This document shows, in pieces, positions 1 to 7,655 of a stretch of 16,497 nt of DNA. The DNA is from Elusimicrobiota bacterium (GTDB taxonomy: Bacteria > Elusimicrobiota > Elusimicrobia > Elusimicrobiales > UBA9959). Location of the stretch: contig JBAXKK010000061.1 of the NCBI GenBank assembly GCA_037137395.1, positions 1 to 16,497 of the forward strand, in the 5' to 3' direction. The position numbers and the translations under genes were made by a program. The notes below the pieces were generated by a model, which saw only the letters and a list, made by a program, of their open reading frames with translations, was not told where the DNA came from and ran no database searches. Each line of letters starts with the position of its first letter. Position 1 is the stretch's first letter.

Positions 1-35
1 TGTATTCCTCCCGAAGGGCGCCAGTTATACGGGCG

Positions 36-57
36 GAAAACTTCAACTGAAGTTTTC
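36..57. promoter_or_regulatory. Perfect inverted repeat, possible operator
   Basis: GAAAACTTCA-AC-TGAAGTTTTC: 10-bp arms with a 2-nt spacer in non-coding DNA upstream of the first CDS. The function is inferred. Confidence 0.4.
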
Positions 58-130
58 AGGTTAAGCCATAGGCGATAAGCGGGAAAATGTCTAAGGCTGA
101 AGTAATTATTTAAGTTTTGTTCGGATTTCT

Positions 131-207
131 GCTTACAGCCTATGGCCTATAGCTTATGGCCTAAAGCTTATGGCCTAAAGCCTAAAGCCTAAAGCTTACA
201 GCTTATG
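131..207 (+). repeat. Heptamer tandem repeat, 11 units of GCYTAHR
   Basis: GCTTACA GCCTATG GCCTATA GCTTATG GCCTAAA GCTTATG GCCTAAA GCCTAAA GCCTAAA GCTTACA GCTTATG. About 2.5 inverted units lie at 62-80, and TATAAT follows at 210-215. Confidence 0.9.
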
Positions 208-244
208 GCTATAATTATCCTTGGCCGCTTGTCGGGAAGCAACT

Positions 245-1432
245 ATGGCTGAAAAGAAAAATTCAAAGTGCTATGAGCTGATACTCAACTACAACTGCAA
301 CGCGAAATGTTCTTTTTGTTCGCAGGGGTCGTTCGATAAATCCCTGAACGCTGATTTCGGAACGATAGCCAGGAATATTTATTCCTCTTTCAGGGCCGGC
401 TACCGCCGGCTGGGTTTTACCGGCGGGGAGCCGCTTATAAGACCTGATATTTTGAAGATAGTCTCTCTGGGGCGGTCGGTGGGGTTCAGGTTCATCCGGG
501 TGCAGACCAACGGGATAAAGCTGGCCGACCCCGCTTTTTGCGCCGCCCTGGTCAAGGCCGGACTGACCTTCTGCAAATTTTCGTTCACCACCGACGAACC
601 GGCCGTTCACGACGAGCTTGTGGGGGTTCCCGGTGCCTGGCTTAAAGCCGTCAAGGGTATTGAAAATCTGCGCAAGTTGAAGATCCGTATCGGCACCAAC
701 ATCCTTATCAACAAGCATAACTACAGCCGCCTTCCTGAGATCGTCGCGTCATTCGTGGAAAGAGGGATAACTAATTTTGTCGTCATCTATCCGGTTTATA
801 TCGGCAGCATGGCAGCCAACGCGGAAAAAATAGGCGTGAGCCTGCCGGCGGCCGAAAAATATTTTATTAAAGCAGTTGAGGTTATGGAGAAGGCCGGCCT
901 TCATGGCGAAATACTATTCCTGAATACGCCCCCCTGTTTTCTGGAAGGGCGAAAAAACCTGGCCATAGGCCTGGACCTGTTTAACACAGTTGTGACCGCC
1001 CCCGACGGCAAGAAGACCGACCTGGACGCCAACGCCAATGTGGCCAAGGTTTACGGCGCCGCGTGCCGCGCCTGCACGCTCAAGGGAAGCTGCAAGGGTG
1101 TGGACGAGAACTACGCGCGCATTTGGGGTTTTAAAGGCTTTAAGCCGGTAAAGAGCGAGGTAAACCGGCCCGATATTGCGGCGGCGGACGGGAAGGTGTT
1201 CTTTTCCGACAACGAGCGCTGTCTTATGGAGATACTGAAGATAAAGAAAGAGGTTTCCACGGCCGAGGTGCTTAAACTTTCAAAGAAAATAGTGCTGTGC
1301 CGGGATTGTTCGGACGGGAACGCGGTGATGAATTCGGCGCAGAAGCTGATAGAAAAAGGCTTTGTGTCCAGCCGGTTCTCCAAAGGTAAGTTCTACTGGA
1401 GCTTTAAAAAAACTCCGCCTGAAGGAATCTAA
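245..1432 (+). CDS. HxsC-like radical SAM protein with C-terminal winged-helix-like tail
   Basis: CNAKCSFC (CxxxCxxC), FTGGEP, VQTNG. C-terminal NTPPCFL...CRACTLKGSCKG is an HxsC-type auxiliary Cys motif, followed by an extra ~70-aa tail. Start placed at ATG 245 rather than TTG 221. Confidence 0.85.
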   Translation: MAEKKNSKCYELILNYNCNAKCSFCSQGSFDKSLNADFGTIARNIYSSFRAGYRRLGFTGGEPLIRPDILKIVSLGRSVGFRFIRVQTNGIKLADPAFCAALVKAGLTFCKFSFTTDEPAVHDELVGVPGAWLKAVKGIENLRKLKIRIGTNILINKHNYSRLPEIVASFVERGITNFVVIYPVYIGSMAANAEKIGVSLPAAEKYFIKAVEVMEKAGLHGEILFLNTPPCFLEGRKNLAIGLDLFNTVVTAPDGKKTDLDANANVAKVYGAACRACTLKGSCKGVDENYARIWGFKGFKPVKSEVNRPDIAAADGKVFFSDNERCLMEILKIKKEVSTAEVLKLSKKIVLCRDCSDGNAVMNSAQKLIEKGFVSSRFSKGKFYWSFKKTPPEGI

Positions 1433-1441
1433 TCACCATCG

Positions 1442-1530
1442 GGGCCAAAAGGCCCAGAGGTGCATGGGCCTAAAAGACTGGATTACAGGGGCTTTAGGCC
1501 CCCGCGTCTTTCCGGCGCGGGAGGTATACT
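1442..1530 (+). promoter_or_regulatory. Three quasi-palindromic GGGCY-W4-like boxes plus a -10 element
   Basis: GGGCCAAAAGGCCC (1442-1455), GGGCCTAAAAGACT (1466-1479) and GGGGCTTTAGGCCC (1488-1501), then TATACT at 1525-1530 with no consensus -35. Confidence 0.45.
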
Positions 1531-1574
1531 ATTTACAGCGGCAGTTTTCACTTGCGCATAAGGGAGGCATGTTT

Positions 1575-2231
1575 ATGAAAAGATATTTTATCGCGGCAAT
1601 AATCTCTATGGCGTCGGCATCTGCGGTCTGCGCTTCTGAAAGTGCGTTAAGCGGCCTTAAATCCGCCTCTCCGCTTTCAGCGCTTGAAAATATTTCTTTT
1701 GAAACCCCGAAGGTGGTCAGGGCGCAGAGCGAGATAGCCGCCGAAGGGGCATCCCAGGATGAGACCTTCAAAAGTCTTTTTTTCAAGGGGACGCCTGCCC
1801 CGGCCGCGCCGTCCAGGGTCAATAACTATTCCGGCGAGTGGGGGAATAAAACTTACGACTTTTATTTCAATGATGGCGCGAATAATATATATGGCCGCTG
1901 GGGGGATAAAGACAGCGATTTTTACGTGCGCGGAGACACCGGGAATATTTACGGGAAGATCTCCGGGAAAGAGTTCGATTTCCACGTGCGGCCGGATACC
2001 GGGAATATTTACGGGACTTTCCCCTGCGGCAAGACGGATATTTATTACAAAGTCTCTTCCCGCAATATCTATGGGACTTTGTGTGGTAAGGCTTTTGATA
2101 GCCGCGTAGGGAGTGAGGAAGAGGTTATTCCTGCCGCCAAAGCCCTGTTCCAGTCGGAGATAACCCGGTATCTTCCGGGCATGCTCGACGCCCCGGTCCG
2201 GAAGTTCATCGACGGCAGGATCGAGTTGTAA
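1575..2231 (+). CDS. Secreted hypothetical protein with five ~20-aa NIYG repeats
   Basis: GGAGG at 1563-1567, 7 nt before ATG 1575. Signal peptide MKRYFIAAIISMASASAVCA. Repeats of the form NIYG-x4-K-x2-DFY. Confidence 0.8.
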   Translation: MKRYFIAAIISMASASAVCASESALSGLKSASPLSALENISFETPKVVRAQSEIAAEGASQDETFKSLFFKGTPAPAAPSRVNNYSGEWGNKTYDFYFNDGANNIYGRWGDKDSDFYVRGDTGNIYGKISGKEFDFHVRPDTGNIYGTFPCGKTDIYYKVSSRNIYGTLCGKAFDSRVGSEEEVIPAAKALFQSEITRYLPGMLDAPVRKFIDGRIEL

Positions 2232-2257
2232 ATATGGACAGGCAGCGATCGCGGCGG

Positions 2258-3466
2258 CTACGCCGCGGAGGAATTTCCGGGTATAGCCCGGATTTTTCTT
2301 TTTCGGGGGCCGAATTTTAAACCAAGCTTGTTGATAAATTCCATAAGTTTCGGCATGTCAGCGCGGTCACGCCAGTGATTTCCGGTAAATAGAATGCGCG
2401 AATATCCATGCCTGCGGGCAGCGTAAACGCGTATGCAAACTTCCTGAAAGGCTATAAAATCCGCGCCGGCCCGCATCCCCGCTGAGATCTTGACGGGGGC
2501 GCGCTTGCGCAGGCCCGAAGCTGGCGCCAATTTAAGCGGGCGCAACTCGGAAACGCCGTGCAGGGCGGCATAGATCTTCCATATCCCGCCGCAAATTTCG
2601 TTCAGGACGCAGGCCCGGCAACGGCGTGACTTCACCTTGTGCGTATGGCTGAATTCGGCGGATGATAAAGTAAACGGCTCCGCCTTGGTCGCGTCGTAAA
2701 TCTCGGAATTAGCGGAATTATCGCCAAGATATTGAGTCACGGCAAGGTCTTCATTACCTCCGAGCAGGCACAGCGGCACCATGCCGCAGGCGCTGAGATC
2801 CACGCGGACGCGCGCCCTTTTAAGTTTCTTCACCGCGGCGCTAAAGTACGGGGTGACCTTTGAAAGCCGGGGATATATTTCCATATGTTCCAGCGCGGCT
2901 CCGGAGGGGAAAATATAGGAAAATGTAACCTCGCTGACTTTTGGGAATTGTTTTATGATAAATTCCGCGAATTGCGGCAGCTCCCGGTAGTTCAGTTCGG
3001 TTATGACATGATATACGGACACTTTTGAAAATCCCGCCTCAAGAATGTTGTCGAGTCCCGCCAGTGTGCGTTCAAATGTCGCCCGTGAGCCGGTGAGACG
3101 CTCCGAAATATCCCTGTGATGTGAATGCAGTGACACGCAGAAATCAAGCTTGCGCGTCGCGGCGGGATGACAGGATGATAGCCTGTCCGTGACGCTTTTA
3201 TCAGCGAGCGCGACCCCGTTCGTGACAACGGCTATCGTGCGATAGCCCATTTTTATGGCCGCGCAGACAAGGGCCCCCAGATCAGGCCGCAGTGTCGGCT
3301 CACCTCCGTCGAAGATGAGAGTGTCGCAGCCTTCCGTGCGCTTCGCGTAAATTACCCGAAGGGATTGCGCCGCGGATAATTCGCCCTGGCCGCCCTGCCC
3401 CGCCTTTGTGCAGAAAAGGCAACGCTCATTACAGAGGCCGGTGAGGGAAAGATGGAGTTTTTTCAT
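2258..3466 (-). CDS. HxsC-like radical SAM protein with degenerate partial second barrel at the C-terminus
   Basis: CNERCLFC, FDGGEPTLR, VVTNG, VSLHS. C-terminal MVPLCLL...CRACVLNEICGGIWKIY...G..EL.P matches the HxsC-type tail. Confidence 0.85.
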   Translation of the reverse strand: MKKLHLSLTGLCNERCLFCTKAGQGGQGELSAAQSLRVIYAKRTEGCDTLIFDGGEPTLRPDLGALVCAAIKMGYRTIAVVTNGVALADKSVTDRLSSCHPAATRKLDFCVSLHSHHRDISERLTGSRATFERTLAGLDNILEAGFSKVSVYHVITELNYRELPQFAEFIIKQFPKVSEVTFSYIFPSGAALEHMEIYPRLSKVTPYFSAAVKKLKRARVRVDLSACGMVPLCLLGGNEDLAVTQYLGDNSANSEIYDATKAEPFTLSSAEFSHTHKVKSRRCRACVLNEICGGIWKIYAALHGVSELRPLKLAPASGLRKRAPVKISAGMRAGADFIAFQEVCIRVYAARRHGYSRILFTGNHWRDRADMPKLMEFINKLGLKFGPRKRKIRAIPGNSSAA

Positions 3467-3492
3467 AAAAACTTAAAGAAGTGCCTTAAAAT

Positions 3493-3561
3493 TTGCAAAA
3501 AGTAAGCCACTACCGCTATAATACAATAATTGTATTATAATTTTAGAGACCTGTTTTTCAA
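3493..3561. promoter_or_regulatory. Overlapping divergent sigma70-type promoters on an 11-bp palindrome
   Basis: Plus strand: TTGCAA (3493-3498)-18 nt-TATAAT (3517-3522). Minus strand: TTGAAA (3561-3556)-16 nt-TATAAT (3539-3534). Core palindrome TATAATACAAT-A-ATTGTATTATA (3517-3539). Confidence 0.65.
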
Positions 3562-3631
3562 TCCTCTCAAAGGGAAGCCCCGGAGACAGGGTTCAGGGGA
3601 GTTGGCGTGGAACAGAATATAACTTAAGCCT

Positions 3632-4495
3632 ATGTCATTAATACACTTGTTCAGGCGCTGCAATCAGAAATGCGTGTTCTGCTCCTACCCGGCTGACGCG
3701 AAAACTGAAGGCGAAGGGAACATCGGCTCCTGGCTGAAAGAGATCGCCGGGATGAAGCCCGGACTGGTGCAGATATCCGGCGGAGAGCCTTTGCTGGCGG
3801 ATTTCGGGGACCTTATCAAAGTCATAACCTTTTGCGCCAGGACCGGGCGGACAGTGGAACTGCAGACCAACGGCGTGCTTATATCAGGTATGACGCCTGC
3901 AGAGCGGGCTATACTGGTTAAAGCCGTTCATTCCGCTAAAGGCTATTTTAATTTTAATTTCCCGGCTCATAACGCCGCGCTGGATTTTAAGATCACCGGG
4001 ATAAAAGGCGCTTTTGCGGCGCGGACAAAAGCGGTGAAAAAAATTATTTCCCTCGGCGCGCAAGTGCGGCTGACGCATGTGATATCCGAACTTAACTGCA
4101 AAAAAACAGCCTGCTTCGCCGCCTTCGTGGCAAAAAAACTAAAGGGTCTCTCCTGGCTGCAGTTCAGCTTTATAAAAGGGATAGGCCGTGCCGAAGGTTC
4201 CCGGTTCATCCCGGAATATTATAAGGCGGCGCCGTACCTCCTGAAAGCCCTTGACCTATGCGGCAAGAAAGGGCTCAAATGCGACGTAGATCATATCCCG
4301 CCCTGTTTTCTTGGCCGGCATAACGCTAAAAACGTGGATATGGCTAAGATGCGCGCCGGAGTAAAGGGGCCGCACCTGGATGAAAAGGAAAAAGTGCCGC
4401 AATGCAAAGGATGCGGCTTTTTCAGGCTGTGTCCCGGTCCCAGAAAAGATTATATCGCCGTTCACCACTCGCTGCGCGGAAGGAATCAGATATGA
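3632..4495 (+). CDS. HxsC-like radical SAM protein (compact)
   Basis: CNQKCVFC, ISGGEP, LQTNG, and HIPPCFL...CKGCGFFRLCPGPRKDY. The stop overlaps the next start (ATGA). Confidence 0.85.
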   Translation: MSLIHLFRRCNQKCVFCSYPADAKTEGEGNIGSWLKEIAGMKPGLVQISGGEPLLADFGDLIKVITFCARTGRTVELQTNGVLISGMTPAERAILVKAVHSAKGYFNFNFPAHNAALDFKITGIKGAFAARTKAVKKIISLGAQVRLTHVISELNCKKTACFAAFVAKKLKGLSWLQFSFIKGIGRAEGSRFIPEYYKAAPYLLKALDLCGKKGLKCDVDHIPPCFLGRHNAKNVDMAKMRAGVKGPHLDEKEKVPQCKGCGFFRLCPGPRKDYIAVHHSLRGRNQI

Positions 4496-5742
4496 ATAAA
4501 AAAATAACTTTGCCGCTTATCAGTGAGTTTCCGGCGCTCAAGCGCAGGTTCGGCGGGCGAAGAATGATATATCTCGACAGCGCGTGCACCGCGCTTAAGA
4601 TGAAGTCGGCCGCCGAAGCGCAGAAGGAATTTCTGCTGGATCTGGGCGGTTGCGGCGGCAAGCGCTCCTCGCACGCGCTGGCCAGGGCTGTTGAGGAGAA
4701 GTACACCGCGGCCCGGGCCGCCGCGGCTGAGTTCGTCGGCGCCGCCTCGCCGGGGGAGATCATCTTCACCAGCGGCACGACCGAAGCCGTGAATATTTTC
4801 GCCGGGGCTTTCCCGTTCACCCCGGCAAAGAACGAGGTCATACTCTCGCCGCTGGAACATAACAGCGTTTTTCTGCCTTTTTACAACCTTTCAAAGGCCG
4901 GGAAAATAAAACTCAGGGTTATACCCCTTAAAGGACTTAAGCCAGATCTGGCCGCTTTCGGGCGGATGTTGAATAAAAAAACCGCTTTGGTGGCGGCCAC
5001 CCGCGCTTCCAATTTTACCGGCGGCGTGACGGAGTTCGGTAAGATGGCGGCCATGGCCAGGGCGGTCGGCGCGGCCGTGTTTGCCGATGACGCTCAGTAC
5101 GCGCCCACTCACGCCGTGCGGGCGCTGGAGTCAGGCGCGGACGCCCTGGCTTTTTCCGGGCATAAGCTGGGCGCCCCTTTCGGCATAGGAGTGCTTTGGG
5201 TCAGGGCTGGCATGCTGGCCCGGCTTAAGCACTTTAAAGTCGGAGGCGGGGTGGTTAAAAAGGTGGAGTTCTCAGGCCGCGGCTTTAAAGTGGAATATCT
5301 GGGTGATTATCAGGGTTTTGAGGCGGGTATACAAAATTACGCCGGCGCCATCGGCCTGGCAAAGGCCTTTGAGACGCTTAAAGCGGTAGGCCCGGAAGCG
5401 GTGCGCGCCCATATGGTCACGCTCTCGCGCCACGCCTTCGCCGCGCTTGCCGGCTTCAGACAAATAAAAATACTTGGCGAGCCCGGCGACCTTGAGCGCG
5501 GCGCCCTGCTTTCCTTCGTGCCCGTCAAAGGCGCGTTCGCTCCGGCGGACCTTAACATTTTCCTTAACAATTATTCAAAAGACCGCTTTGTGGCCATCCG
5601 CACCGGACGCCACTGCGCGGACCTCGCTTCGCTGCTGAGCGGCATAGGCGAGACGGCGCGGATCTCTTTCTTTATACACACCTCAAAGGGCGATATAGAC
5701 GCTTTTGTGGAAGCGCTGGATAAATATCTCTCCTTTCTGTGA
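4492..5742 (+). CDS. Group II (SufS/CsdA-like) PLP-dependent cysteine desulfurase, class V aminotransferase
   Basis: YLDSACT, FTSGTTEAVN, EHNS, DDAQ, FSGHK (PLP lysine), FEAG, IRTGRHCA (variant of RxGHHCA with the catalytic Cys). Start at ATG 4492 overlaps the upstream TGA. Confidence 0.85.
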   Translation: MNKKITLPLISEFPALKRRFGGRRMIYLDSACTALKMKSAAEAQKEFLLDLGGCGGKRSSHALARAVEEKYTAARAAAAEFVGAASPGEIIFTSGTTEAVNIFAGAFPFTPAKNEVILSPLEHNSVFLPFYNLSKAGKIKLRVIPLKGLKPDLAAFGRMLNKKTALVAATRASNFTGGVTEFGKMAAMARAVGAAVFADDAQYAPTHAVRALESGADALAFSGHKLGAPFGIGVLWVRAGMLARLKHFKVGGGVVKKVEFSGRGFKVEYLGDYQGFEAGIQNYAGAIGLAKAFETLKAVGPEAVRAHMVTLSRHAFAALAGFRQIKILGEPGDLERGALLSFVPVKGAFAPADLNIFLNNYSKDRFVAIRTGRHCADLASLLSGIGETARISFFIHTSKGDIDAFVEALDKYLSFL

Positions 5743-5765
5743 CGCTGCCTCAGGATAGAAAAGGT

Positions 5766-5795
5766 TTTACAAGGCCGGCAGTCTTTAAATACAAT
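5766..5795 (+). promoter_or_regulatory. Putative sigma70 promoter for the ygeY-like gene
   Basis: TTTACA (5766-5771)-18 nt-TACAAT (5790-5795). RBS GGAGG at 5886-5890. Confidence 0.45.
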
Positions 5796-5894
5796 GTAGA
5801 GAAGGTAAATAGCGGGCGGTGGGCGGAGATTGCCGCGACTGTTTGTTATTTGCCGGCTGTATGACGCTGTTTTCCAGTCGAATACGGAGGAATC

Positions 5895-7082
5895 ATGGAC
5901 CTTAATAAACTCAATACCGCCGTTTCAAAACACAGAAAAGACATGATAGCTTTTGCCCGGGACCTTATCCGCATTCCCAGTTTTTCAATGCAGGAAGGGA
6001 GCCTGGTGACTCGCATAAAAAAAGAGATGATAAAGGTCGGCTTTGATAAAATAAAGATCGACGCTATGGGGAACATAATAGGCTTCATCGGCCACGGCAA
6101 AAAAAAGATCATGATAGACGCCCACATAGATACCGTGGGCATTGGGGACAAGACCGCGTGGAAGATAGATCCTTTTGGCGGGGTTTTTAAAAACGACACA
6201 ATTTACGGGCGAGGCGCCACCGACCAGAAGCTCTCGATGGTCTCAATGGTTTACGGCGGAAAGCTGATTAAAGAGCTGGGGCTTGAGGGTGATTACACTT
6301 ACATGGCCGTCGGCTCTGTCATGGAAGAGGATTGCGACGGTCTGCCGCTCCTCCACATTATCAATAAGGAAAAAATAAAGCCGGATTTTGTCGTGCTGAC
6401 CGAGCCTACCAACCTGGCCGTCTACCGCGGCCATCGCGGCCGGATGGAAATGAAGGTGGTGACAAAGGGCCGTTCCTGCCACGCTTCCGCTCCCGAGCGC
6501 GGCGATAACGCCGTGGTAAAAATGTCCGCTATTATAGAACAGATCACCGCTTTAAACCCTAAGCTCAGAAAAGATAAGTTCCTGGGTAAGGGCACCGTGG
6601 TCGTCACCTCCGTTGAGTGCAAGACGCCATCGCTGAACGCGGTGCCGGACGAATGCACAATATATCTGGACAGGCGCCTGACGCTTGGCGAGACGCTCAA
6701 GTCTTCCGTGGAAGAGATAAAGCACCTGCCCGCGGTTAAAAAGGCCGGGGCTAAAGTGGAAGTACTTTACTACGACGCGATGTCGTGGACCGGGCTGAAG
6801 GTGGGCCAGGAAAAATATTTCCCCACCTGGGTGCTGCCGGAAAATCATAAATTGGTACAGGCCGGAGTGAAGGCCGGCATCGTCGCTCTGGGCAAAAAGC
6901 CGGTAGTGGATAAATGGGTGTTCTCCACCAACGGCGTGGCTACCGCCGGCCGCCTTAAGATCCCGACCATCGGTTTCGGGCCGTCCAATGAGATATACGC
7001 GCATACTGTTAACGAAAATATGCCGGTAGACCACCTGGTAAAGTCGGCAGTGTTCTACGCCGCAATAACGCAGTACCTTTAA
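5895..7082 (+). CDS. ygeY: YgeY-family M20 metallohydrolase
   Basis: DAHIDTVG, IYGRGATDQK, EEDCDG, VLTEPT, RGHRGRME, GRSCHASAPERGDNA, SLNAVPD, KWVFSTNGV and GFGP are characteristic of YgeY-type M20 enzymes. Confidence 0.85.
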   Translation: MDLNKLNTAVSKHRKDMIAFARDLIRIPSFSMQEGSLVTRIKKEMIKVGFDKIKIDAMGNIIGFIGHGKKKIMIDAHIDTVGIGDKTAWKIDPFGGVFKNDTIYGRGATDQKLSMVSMVYGGKLIKELGLEGDYTYMAVGSVMEEDCDGLPLLHIINKEKIKPDFVVLTEPTNLAVYRGHRGRMEMKVVTKGRSCHASAPERGDNAVVKMSAIIEQITALNPKLRKDKFLGKGTVVVTSVECKTPSLNAVPDECTIYLDRRLTLGETLKSSVEEIKHLPAVKKAGAKVEVLYYDAMSWTGLKVGQEKYFPTWVLPENHKLVQAGVKAGIVALGKKPVVDKWVFSTNGVATAGRLKIPTIGFGPSNEIYAHTVNENMPVDHLVKSAVFYAAITQYL

Positions 7083-7084
7083 AG

Positions 7085-7119
7085 CCAGTGATTAGTGGAT
7101 AGTGGGTAGTGGGGAGTGA
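7085..7119 (+). repeat. Heptamer tandem repeat, 5 units of NNAGTGR
   Basis: CCAGTGA TTAGTGG ATAGTGG GTAGTGG GGAGTGA, immediately after the ygeY stop. Confidence 0.75.
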
Positions 7120-7220
7120 AAAACTGAACACTATTTTTGTTGCTAACTCCGTCGGCATTTGCTAAAAAATAGGTATGGACGGCTGAGCGCGCATCCGCCA
7201 GGCCTCTGACTGGATAAATT

Positions 7221-7535
7221 ATGATCGATCTAAAACCGGATTATCTTAAAAAAGTAAAACGCATCCTCGCCGGCAATGTCCCGGAATACGAGGTGCTGTG
7301 TTACGGTTCAAGGGCTGAGGGCACCGCTAAAAAGTTTTCTTATCTGGACCTCGCGGTAATGACATCACAACCGCTTACCCCGCTGCGCCTGGAGAAACTT
7401 TCCACGGCGTTTACCGGAGCAGGCCTTCCGTTCAGGGTGGAGACGGTGGACTGGGCCGCGACTGGTAAAGAATACAGGAAGGTTATCAAAAAAACCGGCC
7501 TGACGATACAAAAACCTCAAAAAACCGCCAAATAA
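7221..7535 (+). CDS. Minimal nucleotidyltransferase (MNT/MntA-like, Pol beta fold) with degenerate metal motif
   Basis: YGSRAEG...SYLDLAV...LPFRVETVDW matches the GSRAxG...SDLDL...LPFxVDLVDW pattern, but the first Asp is Tyr. Confidence 0.75.
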   Translation: MIDLKPDYLKKVKRILAGNVPEYEVLCYGSRAEGTAKKFSYLDLAVMTSQPLTPLRLEKLSTAFTGAGLPFRVETVDWAATGKEYRKVIKKTGLTIQKPQKTAK

Positions 7536-7655
7536 GTTCAAGGCCGCCGAAAAGTGGTAAAATAATTACACAGGGCCGTCCGGTGGCATGCCACGCGCCC
7601 TGACACTGGTTATGCTGAAAGTAACCATTCCATCCTTGAGGAGGCGTAACAGCTT

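Noticed and set aside
1362..1574. N-terminal extension of the secreted repeat protein
   Set aside because: It overlaps the upstream gene and regulatory boxes. The RBS and signal peptide indicate a start at 1575.
2250..2267. CGCGGCG-GCTA-CGCCGCG hairpin between convergent genes as a terminator
   Set aside because: There is no adjacent U-tract on either strand and it overlaps a stop codon, so support is too weak to call.
4402..4491. N-terminal extension of the desulfurase
   Set aside because: It lies inside the upstream radical SAM gene. The ATGA-coupled start at 4492 fits SufS-family length.
4492..7082. Selenoprotein or selenium-utilisation system (YgeY 'selenium metabolism-linked' label plus a SufS/CsdA-like gene)
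   Set aside because: No in-frame UGA read-through candidates, selD or SECIS-like evidence were seen. The YgeY label reflects genomic association only.
7570..7630. Two hairpins in the carbamoyltransferase leader (and similar stems at 5816-5880) as a riboswitch
   Set aside because: Stems exist, but I could not match conserved purine, guanidine or ZTP riboswitch nucleotides and there is no clear expression platform. An Rfam scan would settle it.
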